Positions 33,026 to 44,006 are shown, counted from the stretch's first letter. The stretch is DNA of 64,000 bases from Vulcanimicrobiota bacterium (GCA_963714015.1 OY970223.1:256001-320000); one strand, 5' to 3'. Numbers and translations are program-made. The notes: a model not told the origin generated them from the sequence alone.

Positions 33026-33915
33026 GCCTGAGCGCCGACGCCAAGGACGCGCTGGCGCGAATTCTGCCGGATGCCGCCCACTGCCGTAAGGCGCTCCTCG
33101 CCGGCTTGGCGTTGTACGGGGGCAGCCCCGACGGCACTTCATTCGTTACCCAGCGCAACGCCGTGGCGCGCCAGTTCAAGCTGCTGTTGCGGAGCGTCCC
33201 CGGCGAAGCCGCCCAGTCCGAAGCCTCCATCGAAAAGATCCCCGGCAAGCGGCTCAATCGCGTGCCTGTCTATCGCATCGCGTTGCCCCGCGACCTTCGG
33301 CAAACGCCCGGAAAGCCGGTTCGCCGCTGCGACCGTATCGCCGAAGCGCGGGCCGCGTTTCTGGCCTGCGGTTCGGTCTCGGCCGGGACGCAGGGCTATC
33401 ACTTGGAGTTCGTGCTCGTCCGGGAGGAGCACGCCGATCGGCTGGCCTGGATGCTGCGGGCCGTGGGGCCGCAGCCTAAGTCGATGGTGCGCAAACGGAG
33501 GCGGGTCCTCTACTACAAGGACTTCGAAGCTATCGTGGAGCTGCTGACCGTGGTCGGCGCTCACGGCGCCGTGCTGCGCTTAGAAGACGTCCGCGCGCTC
33601 AAAGAGACGAAGAACCGCATCCATCGCCTCGTGAACACCGAAGCAGCCAATCTGGAACGGACCGCCGCGGCGGCCGCGGCTCAGCGCGAAACGATCGAAT
33701 TCATTGCCTCGGCGTACGGACTCCACCGGCTCTCGCCCCGTCTGCGCGAAGTCGCCGACTTGCGGTTGAACTACCCCGATGAAAGTCTGCTGGAACTCGG
33801 GCGGCGGTGTAACCCGCCGGTCTCCAAACCGACGATCAACAGCCGCTTGACGGCGCTCGGGCGCTTGGCCGCGCGGTTACGCGGGGAAACCTCCCGGCAG
33901 GCACGTAAAGGTTAG
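33016..33915 (+). CDS. whiA: DNA-binding protein WhiA
   Basis: [54 protein letters not shown]. Confidence 0.9.
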   Translation: MAVSLSADAKDALARILPDAAHCRKALLAGLALYGGSPDGTSFVTQRNAVARQFKLLLRSVPGEAAQSEASIEKIPGKRLNRVPVYRIALPRDLRQTPGKPVRRCDRIAEARAAFLACGSVSAGTQGYHLEFVLVREEHADRLAWMLRAVGPQPKSMVRKRRRVLYYKDFEAIVELLTVVGAHGAVLRLEDVRALKETKNRIHRLVNTEAANLERTAAAAAAQRETIEFIASAYGLHRLSPRLREVADLRLNYPDESLLELGRRCNPPVSKPTINSRLTALGRLAARLRGETSRQARKG

Positions 33916-33937
33916 TCTTTTCCGTAGAGGAGTTTGC

Positions 33938-34951
33938 ATGCGTATCGGTATCAACGGGTTTGGCCGCATCGGCCGCAACTTTGCCAAGGCGCTGATGGAG
34001 CGGCATCCGGATATCGAGATCGTCGCGGTTAACGATCTGACGAGCGCTGCCGAGTGCGCGCACTTGTTCAAGTGGGATTCCAACTATGGACCCTACGACG
34101 GGAGCGTTTCGGTCGACGGCGACGCGATAAAGATCGACGATCGGCGTATAAAGGTTTTAGCCGAGCGCGATCCCGCGAAGCTGCCTTGGAAGTCGCTCGG
34201 CGCCGACATCGTGATCGAGTCCACCGGGCTGTTTACGGATGCAAGCAAAGCCCGCGCGCACATCGACGGCGGCGGCGCGAAGAAAGTGGTCATCTCCGCG
34301 CCGGCAAAAGGCGAAGACATCACCGTTGTTCTCGGCGTCAATCATACGCAGTACGATCCGGAAAAGCACAACGTCATCTCCAACGCGTCATGCACGACGA
34401 ACTGCTTGGCGACCGCGGTGAAACCGATCGTCGACAACTTAGGCTGGGTCAAAGGCTTCATGTCGACAATCCACTCGTACACCAACGATCAGAACATTCT
34501 GGACGCTCCGCACAAGGATCTGCGGCGTGCCCGTAACGCTGCGACGAATATCATTCCGACCTCGACCGGCGCCGCCAAAGCGCTGTACCTGACGATTCCC
34601 GAGGTAAAGGGCACCTTCGACGGTTTTGCGCTGCGCGTCCCGACGCCCACCGTTTCGATGATTTATCTGGTCGCGCAGGTCAAGAAAGAGACCACGAAAG
34701 ACGAGCTCAATGCGATTCTGAAACGCGCTGCCGACGGCGACTTGAAAGAGTACGTACAGTACACCGAGGAAGAACTCGTCTCCAGCGACTTCAAACATTC
34801 GCAGTACAGCTCGATCGTCGACGGAAAATTGACGGGCGCCAACGGCGATTTGGTGCAGATCGCCGCCTGGTACGATAACGAGTGGGGTTACTCGTGCCGT
34901 CTGGCGGACCTGACGTCGATGATTCTGGAAAAGATACCGGCGAACGTTTAG
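33938..34951 (+). CDS. gap: Type I glyceraldehyde-3-phosphate dehydrogenase
   Basis: [29 protein letters not shown]. Confidence 0.98.
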   Translation: MRIGINGFGRIGRNFAKALMERHPDIEIVAVNDLTSAAECAHLFKWDSNYGPYDGSVSVDGDAIKIDDRRIKVLAERDPAKLPWKSLGADIVIESTGLFTDASKARAHIDGGGAKKVVISAPAKGEDITVVLGVNHTQYDPEKHNVISNASCTTNCLATAVKPIVDNLGWVKGFMSTIHSYTNDQNILDAPHKDLRRARNAATNIIPTSTGAAKALYLTIPEVKGTFDGFALRVPTPTVSMIYLVAQVKKETTKDELNAILKRAADGDLKEYVQYTEEELVSSDFKHSQYSSIVDGKLTGANGDLVQIAAWYDNEWGYSCRLADLTSMILEKIPANV

Positions 34952-34963
34952 TCCGGCATTCGC

Positions 34964-36184
34964 ATGCGTTTTCCGTTTCTAACGCTGACCGGCATCCCGG
35001 TCAGGAACAAACGCGTCCTCGTGCGCGAAGATCTGAACGTGCCCATGAAGGACGGTCAAATCCTCGACTACAAGCGCGTGGACGCATCGCTCCGGACGAT
35101 CCGCTACTTGGCCGATCACGGTGCCAAGGTCATCATTATCTCGCACTTGGGCAGGCCCGACGGCAAGCCGAACCCCAAATACACGCTTCGTCCGGTTGCA
35201 GGCGCGCTCTCGCAGCGGCTGGGCATCGACGTGACGTTTGCGACCGACGTCGTGGGACCGGCGGCCCATGAAGCGATCGACGCGATCGCTTACGGGCAAA
35301 TCGTGCTGCTCGAGAACGTTCGCTTTGAACCGGGCGAAGAGCAGAACGATCCCGCGTTCGCGCGCAAACTGGCCGATCTCGCGGACGTCTACGTGAACGA
35401 CGCGTTCGGTACGGCGCATCGCGCGCATGCCTCGACGGAGGGCGTCGCGCGCTATCTTCCCAGCGCGGCAGGCTTCTTGATGGAAGCGGAGATTGCCGCG
35501 CTCACAAAACTGATCGACAACCCCGCTCGCCCGTACGTCTGCGTCATCGGCGGCGCAAAAGTCAAAGACAAAGTCGGCGTCTTCACCAAACTGATGGAGA
35601 GGGTGCAGGCATTCTGCGTCGGCGGCGGCATGGCGAACACGTTTCTCGCCGCGCGCGGCGTTGACGTCGGCAAATCGCTGCGCGATGACGATCTCGAACC
35701 GGCAAAAGCGATCTTGGAGTTCTCACGCGGCCGGGACGTCTCCATTCTGCTTCCGCTCGACGCCGTCGTTTCCACGAGCTTCGACAATGACGCCGGCGCG
35801 CACGTCGTCGATCTTTCGCAAGTCGGCGACTCTACGATCCTCGACATCGGACCGAAGACCGCTAACGAGTACGCGGGCATCATCGAGACGGCTAAGACCG
35901 TCGTCTTCAACGGACCGATGGGCGTGTACGAAAAGGAAGCATATCGCGAAGGCACGCGGATCGTCGGTGAGGCCATGAAACGCGCCACCGAGCACGGTGC
36001 AACGACGGTCGTCGGCGGCGGCGATGCGGCGGCCGCAGCGGATGAGTTGGGATTTGCCGAGCACGTGACGCATGTCAGTACCGGCGGCGGAGCGACGCTC
36101 GAGTTTCTGGAAGGCAAAGAGCTTCCGGGCATTAGGGCGTTAGTTCAAGCCGCCGGGCGCGCGCACGAAGGGGCGCGCGGGTGA
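34964..36184 (+). CDS. pgk: Phosphoglycerate kinase
   Basis: DLNVP, SHLGRP, LLENVRF, NDAFGTAHRAHAS, STGGGATLEFLEG. Confidence 0.98.
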   Translation: MRFPFLTLTGIPVRNKRVLVREDLNVPMKDGQILDYKRVDASLRTIRYLADHGAKVIIISHLGRPDGKPNPKYTLRPVAGALSQRLGIDVTFATDVVGPAAHEAIDAIAYGQIVLLENVRFEPGEEQNDPAFARKLADLADVYVNDAFGTAHRAHASTEGVARYLPSAAGFLMEAEIAALTKLIDNPARPYVCVIGGAKVKDKVGVFTKLMERVQAFCVGGGMANTFLAARGVDVGKSLRDDDLEPAKAILEFSRGRDVSILLPLDAVVSTSFDNDAGAHVVDLSQVGDSTILDIGPKTANEYAGIIETAKTVVFNGPMGVYEKEAYREGTRIVGEAMKRATEHGATTVVGGGDAAAAADELGFAEHVTHVSTGGGATLEFLEGKELPGIRALVQAAGRAHEGARG

Positions 36185-36936
36185 GAAGACGGATCTGCGC
36201 CGGCAACTGGAAGATGCACAAAACGGCCGAAGAGGCCGTCGCGTACGTCGAGCGTTTCGCCGAGCTTGCGCCGGGCATTCCGGAACGCGTCGAATTGGTT
36301 GTCTGCCCGGCGTTCACGGCGCTCGACGCTGCCGGCGTCGCGCTGAGGCAAATCCAAGGCGACGACGGCCGAATCAAACTCGGCGCGCAGAACATGCACT
36401 GGGAATCGTCGGGCGCATTCACGGGCGAGATTTCGGCGCCGATGCTGCAGGATTTGGGTGTCGAGTACGTCATTCTCGGCCATTCGGAGCGGCGTCAATA
36501 CTTCGGCGAAACCGATGAATACGTGCGCAAAAAGACGACTGCGGCCCTTGCGGCGGGGCTTACGCCGATCGTCGCCGTGGGAGAGTCGCTGGACATCCGG
36601 CGCGCGGGCGGAACGATCGATCACGCGACGATGCAGATCAAGAGCGCACTGGATGGATTGAGCCCTCAAGAACTTTCGCGGATCGCGATCGCGTACGAGC
36701 CGATCTGGGCGATCGGCACGGGCGAAAACTGCGATCCCGTTGAAGCGAACTCAGTGATGCGCACACTGCGCGGCTGCGTGCCGGGCCTGGAGAACGTGCC
36801 GATACTCTACGGCGGCAGCGTGAAACCCGAAAACATCGCCGAGTACGTCGCGCAATCCGATATCGACGGCGGTCTGGTCGGAGGAGCATCGCTCACGCCC
36901 GACGGCTTTGCCGCGCTGGCAAAGGAAGCGGCGTGA
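36181..36936 (+). CDS. tpiA: Triosephosphate isomerase
   Basis: AGNWKM, GHSERR, AYEPIWAIGTG, YGGSVK, LVGGAS. Confidence 0.98.
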   Translation: MRRRICAGNWKMHKTAEEAVAYVERFAELAPGIPERVELVVCPAFTALDAAGVALRQIQGDDGRIKLGAQNMHWESSGAFTGEISAPMLQDLGVEYVILGHSERRQYFGETDEYVRKKTTAALAAGLTPIVAVGESLDIRRAGGTIDHATMQIKSALDGLSPQELSRIAIAYEPIWAIGTGENCDPVEANSVMRTLRGCVPGLENVPILYGGSVKPENIAEYVAQSDIDGGLVGGASLTPDGFAALAKEAA

Positions 36937-38558
36937 ACTACCGTCCCATCGTGCTTGCAGTCCTTGATGGTTGGGGCTGCAGCGCGCAAACCTACGGCAA
37001 CGCGATTGCCGCTGCAAGGACGCCGCACTGGAACGCCTTCTTCGACAAATATCCTTGGACGATGCTCGAAGCCAGCGGTGAGGCGGTCGGTCTGCCGAAA
37101 GGCATCATGGGCAACAGCGAAGTCGGTCACATGAATCTCGGGAGCGGCCGCGTCGTTCCGCAAGGCGTCGTCATCATCAACGCCGATATCGCCGCCGGGG
37201 ACTTTGCGCGCAACGCCGTACTCAGTCAATGCATCGATCACACAAAACGCACGGGCGGAACGCTGCATTTCCTGGGACTGCTGTCCGACGGAAAAGTACA
37301 CAGCTCGCTCGACCACCTGCTGGAATTGATGAAGTGTGCGCACGCCGCGTCTGCACCGTTTGCCGTTCATGCGTTTTTGGACGGCCGTGATACGCCGCCG
37401 CGTTCGGCGGCAAAGTATCTGCAGCAAGTGGAAGATGCGCTCGGGCAGATGAATGAGCCGGGGGCGATTCGCACTGTCATCGGACGCTTCTATGCCATGG
37501 ATCGCGACAAACGCTGGGAACGCTCGCAGCTCGCGTACGACGCACTGGTGCTGGGCCAAGCCGAATTTCATGCCGCAACCGCCCTTCAAGCGCTGGAAGC
37601 CGGGTACGATCGCGGCGAAAACGACGAGTTCGTAAAGCCCACGATCGTCGGCCTGCGCCGCCCAATTCAGTCCGGAGACGCGTGCATCTTTTTTAACTTC
37701 CGTCCGGATCGTGCGCGCCAGCTGACCCTTGCCTTCAACGCGTCGATCGACGCTTGTCATCCCGAGCAGACTCCCGGTGCGCAAGCGCCGGACCGCCTCC
37801 TGACGAAGCGTCAGGATGGCGCCGGCGGAGAGGAAGGCTTCCCCGTCGCAGCGCTCTGCGACTTCATCTTCGCGACGATGACGAAGTACGATGAAACATT
37901 CCCGAACCCGGTGCTGTTTGGCCCGCGGCCGCAATTCGAAACGTTCGGGGAAATCGTTTCGGCGCAAGGGCTGCGGCAACTGCGCCTAGCGGAGACCGAA
38001 AAGTACGCGCACGTGACGTACTTCTTCAACGGGGGTCGCGAGGACGTATTCGAAGGCGAAGATCGCAAGCTGATTCCTTCCGACCGTTCCGTTGCGACGT
38101 ACGACTTGGCGCCGGAAATGCGGGCTCGCCAAATCACGGACTATGCCGTCGATCAGATTGCAGCCGGCACCTATGACGTGATCATTATGAACTATGCGAA
38201 CGCCGACATGGTGGGCCATACGGGCATGTGGGAACCGACGATCGAAAGCGTCCAAATCCTCGACGCATGTCTGCAGCGGCTGGTAGACGCGGTCTTAAAG
38301 GCCGGGGGCTTATTAGCGATCACCGCGGATCACGGCAACGCCGAAGAGAAAATCGACAAGGACGGCAACCCGCTTACTGCGCACACGACCAATCCCGTGC
38401 CGCTCATCTTCGTCGGGGACATCGCCGGCAAGCTTCGCGAAGGCGGAAAACTGGGGGATGTTGCGCCGACATTGCTGCGAATCATGGCGCTTCCCGTTCC
38501 GGATCGCATGACGGGCGACAACCTTTTCACGCCGGCGGCTTCAGCCGCTTTGCATTAA
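36933..38558 (+). CDS. gpmI: 2,3-bisphosphoglycerate-independent phosphoglycerate mutase (contains an in-frame insertion)
   Basis: LDGWG, MGNSEVGH, DGRDT, AETEKYAHVT, DMVGHTG, TADHGNAE. Confidence 0.97.
   Translation: MNYRPIVLAVLDGWGCSAQTYGNAIAAARTPHWNAFFDKYPWTMLEASGEAVGLPKGIMGNSEVGHMNLGSGRVVPQGVVIINADIAAGDFARNAVLSQCIDHTKRTGGTLHFLGLLSDGKVHSSLDHLLELMKCAHAASAPFAVHAFLDGRDTPPRSAAKYLQQVEDALGQMNEPGAIRTVIGRFYAMDRDKRWERSQLAYDALVLGQAEFHAATALQALEAGYDRGENDEFVKPTIVGLRRPIQSGDACIFFNFRPDRARQLTLAFNASIDACHPEQTPGAQAPDRLLTKRQDGAGGEEGFPVAALCDFIFATMTKYDETFPNPVLFGPRPQFETFGEIVSAQGLRQLRLAETEKYAHVTYFFNGGREDVFEGEDRKLIPSDRSVATYDLAPEMRARQITDYAVDQIAAGTYDVIIMNYANADMVGHTGMWEPTIESVQILDACLQRLVDAVLKAGGLLAITADHGNAEEKIDKDGNPLTAHTTNPVPLIFVGDIAGKLREGGKLGDVAPTLLRIMALPVPDRMTGDNLFTPAASAALH
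37755..37827. repeat. Palindromic REP-like element in frame within gpmI; partial relative at ~32708-32731
   Basis: TGTCATCCCGAGC...TCAGGATGGC ends, two internal hairpins; TCAGGATGRCGCCGGCG is shared with 32715-32731. Confidence 0.6.
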
Positions 38559-38562
38559 CCGC

Positions 38563-39303
38563 ATGGAGCGGATCGGCGAGATCGACGTTGCGATCGTCCT
38601 CGGTTCGGGTCTTTCGGACGTACTTGGTGAACGCGCGGTTTTCGATCGCATTCCTTACGGCGAGATCGGACTTCCCCTTGCACCGCTTGAGGGCCACGCC
38701 GGTCACGCACTCATAGGCCGCTGGCACGGAAAGCGCGTTCTTGCCTACGCCGGCCGCGTCCACGCATACCAAGGCTTTGACGCGCGCGACATCACGCGCA
38801 GCATCTCCGTCGCAGCAGATTGCGGCGCAAAAACGGCAATCCTCACGAACGCCGCCGGCGCTTTGAATCCCGGCTTTCGCGCGGGAGATTTGATGATGAT
38901 TGCCGATCACGTCAACCTGAGCGGCCTCAATCCGCTGGTCGGCAGCGGTCTTTCCAATCCTTTCATCAACATGACGTGCGCGTACAGCGAGCGTTTGCGT
39001 GAGATCGCGCGTAGCATCGATGACGACCTCGTTGAGGGCGTCTACGCCTGCATGCTCGGCCCGACATATGAAACGGCGGCCGAGGCCGATTTTCTGCGAA
39101 TGATCGGCGTCGACGCCGTGGGGATGTCGACCGTTCTGGAAACGATCGCCGCCCGCGCCCGCAAAATGGAAGTCTTCGGAATCAGTCTGATCACCAATAT
39201 GGTCGCATCCAGCGATACGACGCACGCCGACGTAACCCAGGCCGCCGGCGAGGCAGCACCGCGGTTAGGCGATTTACTGGAAGGGCTCATCGAGCGAATC
39301 TAA
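38563..39303 (+). CDS. Purine-nucleoside phosphorylase (PunA/XapA type)
   Basis: IVLGSGL, GRVHAYQG, TNAAGAL, GPTYET.AE, VGMSTV.E. Confidence 0.93.
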   Translation: MERIGEIDVAIVLGSGLSDVLGERAVFDRIPYGEIGLPLAPLEGHAGHALIGRWHGKRVLAYAGRVHAYQGFDARDITRSISVAADCGAKTAILTNAAGALNPGFRAGDLMMIADHVNLSGLNPLVGSGLSNPFINMTCAYSERLREIARSIDDDLVEGVYACMLGPTYETAAEADFLRMIGVDAVGMSTVLETIAARARKMEVFGISLITNMVASSDTTHADVTQAAGEAAPRLGDLLEGLIERI

Positions 39304-39441
39304 TCCTTCGGTGTGACAAAACTGCCATTCTGGTGCCATTTCGTCGGTTCCAACGAGAATTCGCGCGGGAGCAGTCGAAAGACGCGACCTCTGCTCTAAA
39401 GATAACCGCGTGAAAACATTTCTCGGAAAGGCTTGCGATTT

Positions 39442-40389
39442 ATGAGGCTCAGGTTGTTGCGCGCGCTCGGAATCGTTACGGCGGCGGCAATCGTTTCGGG
39501 CTGTGCGGGATCGGCGACCCATCTCTTCCCGTCACACTCGTCGGCCTTCGGGACCGAGTCCTATGATGCGTACTGTTCGACGCAATTCGCGTACGTTTCC
39601 AATATCGGCGCAAATACCGTCGAAGAGTTCCATCAAAGCGGACGCGCCCAACGGCCGATTGCAACGATTTCGGACGGCATATCGCATCCCGGCGGCTTAG
39701 CGACTGACGCAAAAGGGAATTTGTACGTCGACGATACCTCGCAGTATAACGGACACTGGGTCGTCCAGTTTTATCCGCCCGGCGCGACATCGCCCGGCAA
39801 AACATACACCAAAGACCTCTCCACGCCGTCGGACACCGTTGTTGCCAAAGACGGAACGATCTACACCGCCAACTTCAATAATTCGGCGGAAGGCTGGGTT
39901 GCCGTCTACCCCAAAGGAGACGTCTCCAAGGAATATCGCCTTTCCGATTTCGGCGGCGGTGCCCCCGTATTCGTTACGCTCGACCGGCAGCAGAATCTCT
40001 ACGTGGCCTACGAAGCCGGCGGCGGTTCCGGAGTCAAGAAGTACAAGCCCGGCGTGAAAACCGGACGAGACCTGAAGCTGAACTTCGGCGACGGCGGCGG
40101 CATACAGGTCGACTCGTCCGGAAATATCATCGTCGTCCAGCAATCGGAGCCTCCCGCGATCCTGATTTTTCCGCCTGGAAAAACGCAGCCGTCACGGACG
40201 ATAACGTTGCCGAACGGCGGAGAGCCGTTCAACATCGCACTCAACGCCGATGATTCGGCGCTCTTCGCAAGCGATTCAATCGGCAACGTGGTGGACCGCT
40301 TCGCTTACCCGTCCGGCGTATTCCAATATTTTCTTGCCGGAGGCTTCAGCAATCCCGAAGGAATCGCAACCGTTCCAACGGCGTATTAG
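39442..40389 (+). CDS. Secreted lipoprotein with NHL-like beta-propeller repeats
   Basis: Lipobox VSGC; repeats such as PGGLATDAKGNLYV and GIQVDSSGNIIV. Confidence 0.75.
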   Translation: MRLRLLRALGIVTAAAIVSGCAGSATHLFPSHSSAFGTESYDAYCSTQFAYVSNIGANTVEEFHQSGRAQRPIATISDGISHPGGLATDAKGNLYVDDTSQYNGHWVVQFYPPGATSPGKTYTKDLSTPSDTVVAKDGTIYTANFNNSAEGWVAVYPKGDVSKEYRLSDFGGGAPVFVTLDRQQNLYVAYEAGGGSGVKKYKPGVKTGRDLKLNFGDGGGIQVDSSGNIIVVQQSEPPAILIFPPGKTQPSRTITLPNGGEPFNIALNADDSALFASDSIGNVVDRFAYPSGVFQYFLAGGFSNPEGIATVPTAY

Positions 40390-40428
40390 ACTCGGCGTTT
40401 CCGTTTGACTTTCGACCGGAGGTTTTTC

Positions 40429-41451
40429 ATGTCTGCCGTTCCATTCCGCGCGTCAATTGCAGCCGTCGCTCTCGTTATTGCATCCGGGTGTTCGAACGCA
40501 AGCTTGCCTCCCTCTAACCATGCCTCGTCGTCATCGGTTTTGCGTGCGAGTCCGATGCTGCCCGGCATGCGCGGCGCGAGCGGCTTTATCGTGAAGGCCG
40601 CTCCGGCAACGACGCTGCCGCGTCCGTGGAATCTTCCACATGTTTGGCCCGCGCAAAGCGAAGTGCTGTTCGTCGCCGACGCTCAAAACAATCAGATTCT
40701 AATGTACGATCCCTTGACGCCGAATCCAACGCCGAAAGGTTCCATTACGGACGGCATAGACGACCCGTTCGGATTGGCGGTTGACAAAAACGGTACGCTC
40801 TACGTCGCGAACTTGGAGGGCGGAAAGCCCGACACCGGTTCGATTTCAATATACAAAGCCGGCTCCACTTCTCCCAGCTTGACGATCCGCAAAGGCCTCG
40901 ATAATCCGCTCGGAATCGCAGTAGACGGCCACGGCAGCGTTTTCGTGAGCAATCTGGACAACAATACCATCGCCGGTTATAAGGCAGGCGCGACCACACC
41001 GTTCGAGACAATCTCCTTCAGCCCATACGGTCAAGCGGGCGGAGTGGGTACCGATGCCGGCGGTAATCTCTGGATCGCCGACGCCTTTGCTAACTACGTC
41101 TACGAGATTCCGGCGGGGAAGACTACTCCGCAGAACGCCGGACTATCCGGGATCAACGGGCCGGCAAACATTGCGTTCGGTGAGGAAGACGTCATGTACG
41201 TTTCAAATTTTGCCGGCTCGGCGGTCAGTATCTTCAAGCACGGCAACACCACGCCGTGGGGATTGATTCTAAAAGGGATCGAAACGGATGGACCCACGTG
41301 GAGCGGATTCACGGCGTCGGACTATTATTTCCAATCGAATCAAAACGACGACGTCGTGGGATACAAAAAGGGTGCGACGTCGCCCTTCAGCACGATACGC
41401 GGCATTCCGAATCCGACCGGCATTGCATCGACGCCGCTCGTAACGAAGTAG
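40429..41451 (+). CDS. Secreted lipoprotein with NHL-like beta-propeller repeats
   Basis: RBS GGAGG, lipobox ASGC; PFGLAVDKNGTLYVAN, PLGIAVDGHGSVFVSN. Confidence 0.8.
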   Translation: MSAVPFRASIAAVALVIASGCSNASLPPSNHASSSSVLRASPMLPGMRGASGFIVKAAPATTLPRPWNLPHVWPAQSEVLFVADAQNNQILMYDPLTPNPTPKGSITDGIDDPFGLAVDKNGTLYVANLEGGKPDTGSISIYKAGSTSPSLTIRKGLDNPLGIAVDGHGSVFVSNLDNNTIAGYKAGATTPFETISFSPYGQAGGVGTDAGGNLWIADAFANYVYEIPAGKTTPQNAGLSGINGPANIAFGEEDVMYVSNFAGSAVSIFKHGNTTPWGLILKGIETDGPTWSGFTASDYYFQSNQNDDVVGYKKGATSPFSTIRGIPNPTGIASTPLVTK

Positions 41452-41475
41452 CTCGAGCCCCGGCGCTGCGTTTCG

Positions 41476-43037
41476 TTAGGTCGAATATGCAAACGTTGAG
41501 GAAGAACAGCCGGAGCAAGCAAAGGAGACGTTGTTTTGGCCCGGTTGCAGATCGAACGTCAACACCACGCCGGCGCGCCCGGCCGGCGTAACGCCCGGCC
41601 CTGAAATTTGGAGCGTTGCATTGTTGGCCCAAATCGCAAGTCCGTAATGCTCCGCGATCGGGGCTTGCAGAACGAAGTTGATGCGGCCGCCGCTCACCGC
41701 CGCATTGGTTAGAGTTGCCATTTCGCCGGGAGGCAAAGGACTGAATCCCACATTGAAGATCGAAACCGGGTCGTCCGAGTAACGGAAGAGCCTGGCCGGA
41801 ACGGAGTGACCGGCAATAAACGTCATGCCGGCTACGTCATCGTGGTAGTCGATCGTCGCCGGATAAAGTGTTTGCCCTCCAAGGATGGGCGAAGGCACCG
41901 GGGTTCCGCCCGGAATGTAGGGGAACGCGACGGCGCGTGGAGCGGCGGAGAATTTCCGGGCGTCGACGTCGGCTTGAGCTAGGGTCTCAGCCTTCATACC
42001 GTCGGCCGCGGCTTGGGAATACAGCGCGTGGAGAATCGAGGAGTCTCCCGGATCGAGATCTTCATCGCTCTCCTGCTGCGACATCATGACGAGACCTTGC
42101 GTCTCTCCGGCTGCCGCATACGCGTCGACAAGGCTGCGCGCGTAGCGTTCCGCCCCGTCCGTCGTGAAGCCGGCGCGCAGCTGCAGGTCGTCGGGATCAG
42201 TCGAGAAGTAGTACGAAAACCCGCTCAGATAGGCTCGCGTAAGATCGCGGGCCGTCCATTCGAAGGCGAGCATCGCGCAACTTCCGTCGGGAGCGGGTCG
42301 TTTGTACGAGGTTACATCGGCGCAATACGAACCCCACGGTGCGCCTACATCGTCGGTGTTGTCTACGCTGGATTGATTCCAAGCGATCCCCCAAAAGCCC
42401 GACTCACCGCGCGCCAGCGCCGCGGGAATATTTCGCTCGTGTCCGGCGCCTTCGACGCTTACCATGGGATGAAACCAGGAAAAATCGCTCTCCGCTTCTT
42501 CAAGCAAACTTTCGGGCGGCTCGACTTCTACGTCGTCGCCGTTCGCAGAATGATACGTGTTGTATAGCGTACTGTTTACAAAGTAAAGCGGATTGCCGAC
42601 CATCCACGTAATGGGCGTGTGGGTACCCGAAGCGGCCTGCTCGATTGACTCCATACCCGCGAGCGAATACGCTTCTTGCAGCGACGTGGCGACAAATAAT
42701 GCGCTGGTCGGCCCGGACGGCTTCGCCCACGCCGGAACGACGGCATTCGGATCCGAGCTCAATGTTGACGGACGCGCAGCGACTGCGCTTGACGTCAACC
42801 GGCGAGAACGCGCCGGCGGGAACGGTGTACCAGAGGACTCCATCATACGAAACGTCGCATGACTGATCGGCGCGATCGAAGATTCCCACCGAAACCGGCG
42901 CAGGCGGCACAACCGCCGTCCCGCCGCACGAAGAGATTCGCCAACGCGAAGCAGAGCGACGGCAATCGCCGGGAAGAAACGCCGCAGTTATATTCGCCGG
43001 CGTTTGGTTACGTTGAGCGCGCTCTGCAGTAGCCATA
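41476..43037 (-). CDS. Secreted (lipo)protein of unknown function, possibly carbohydrate-active (frameshifts near 42757 and the N-terminus)
   Basis: Joined frames give ..SSCGGTAVVPPAP.. followed by a long ORF with GFWGIAWNQ..D...DVGAPWGSY, FEWTARDL, STDPDD. Confidence 0.5.
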
Positions 43038-43046
43038 GAACTGCGG

Positions 43047-43652
43047 TTAGCCGATAATCTTCGAGACCAGTTCCGTACGGTTGCGGGAGTGCGTCTTGGC
43101 AAGAAGTTGCTTCACGTGAAAGATCGCGGTGGACTCGGCAATGTGGAGTTGTTCGGCGATTTCGCTATTCTTGGCGCCCCGGCTAATGAGGCGCAGCACC
43201 TGTCGCTCGCGCGCCGACAGCTTGAAGCGCGCGGCCAGCGCATCCATGTGCGCACGAACCTTGACACGCTCCGCGATCACCGCGTACGCCGCGTTCCCGG
43301 TCCCTTGTAAGCGCAGCAAGCGAACGACGATCGATCGATTCGGCGCCGCGCTGAGCACGTCGGCTTGTCCGTTCGTCGAAAGCGTGCGGCGCAGCAACGC
43401 CACGACCGTGCGTTCGATCAGCGGCGGCAGCGTCGTTCCGCCTTGCGGCATGCGGCAATCGCGCCGGCGTTCGTGCGGATCCTCACGATAATGCAGCACG
43501 TTGAGGAATTCATCCACAACGTACAATGCCGGCGTCGCGCGACGCCGGAGAAGGTCAAGTTCATTTTCCGCGATGCGGTCCTGGCGCTGTTCCGAGTCGC
43601 CTCCCACTAATGAGAGGGCGTCGAGGGGCGACGAGTCACTGTTCAGTTGCAT
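43047..43652 (-). CDS. LuxR-type HTH transcriptional regulator with an unassigned N-terminal domain
   Basis: LSARERQVLRLISRGAKNSEIAEQLHIAESTAIFHVKQLLAK...NRTEL. Confidence 0.9.
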   Translation of the reverse strand: MQLNSDSSPLDALSLVGGDSEQRQDRIAENELDLLRRRATPALYVVDEFLNVLHYREDPHERRRDCRMPQGGTTLPPLIERTVVALLRRTLSTNGQADVLSAAPNRSIVVRLLRLQGTGNAAYAVIAERVKVRAHMDALAARFKLSARERQVLRLISRGAKNSEIAEQLHIAESTAIFHVKQLLAKTHSRNRTELVSKIIG

Positions 43653-43742
43653 AACCCGCAGTTCTGAGAGTTAGAAATGCTGGGACACTTAGTTAGCATT
43701 GACATACATCGACACCTCGTTATTTATGACGGAGCGCTTATT

Positions 43743-43992
43743 ATGGTTTCGTATCGCACCCTCATTTTTGGAACTATCGCAGTAATCAGCGCGTCTGCTC
43801 CCGCAGTCGCCAGCGGCCTCAGTGCACTTCCCGGCCCACAGCAAGCCGTAGTTAGCAGTCAGGGCCTGAGCGCTCTGCCCGCAAAAACGAAGCCGCAAAC
43901 CGTCAAGCAGAGCTCCTCGGAGAACGTCGTCACTCTGGTTCTGCAGCGTCTCGGCCAGTTGGAGCGGCAGATTCTTCAGCCTGCACCGCTAA
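43743..43992 (+). CDS. Small secreted protein with a duplicated GLSALP motif (candidate peptide-signal precursor, ~82 aa after removing an extra C at ~43980)
   Basis: GGAG upstream; MVSYRTLIFGTIAVISASAPAVA signal-like N-terminus, then SGLSALPG...QGLSALPA. Correcting AGCCT to AGCT gives a stop at 43992 and removes the overlap with HD-GYP. Confidence 0.6.
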
Positions 43993-44006
43993 AGCGGCGC
44001 TCCGTT

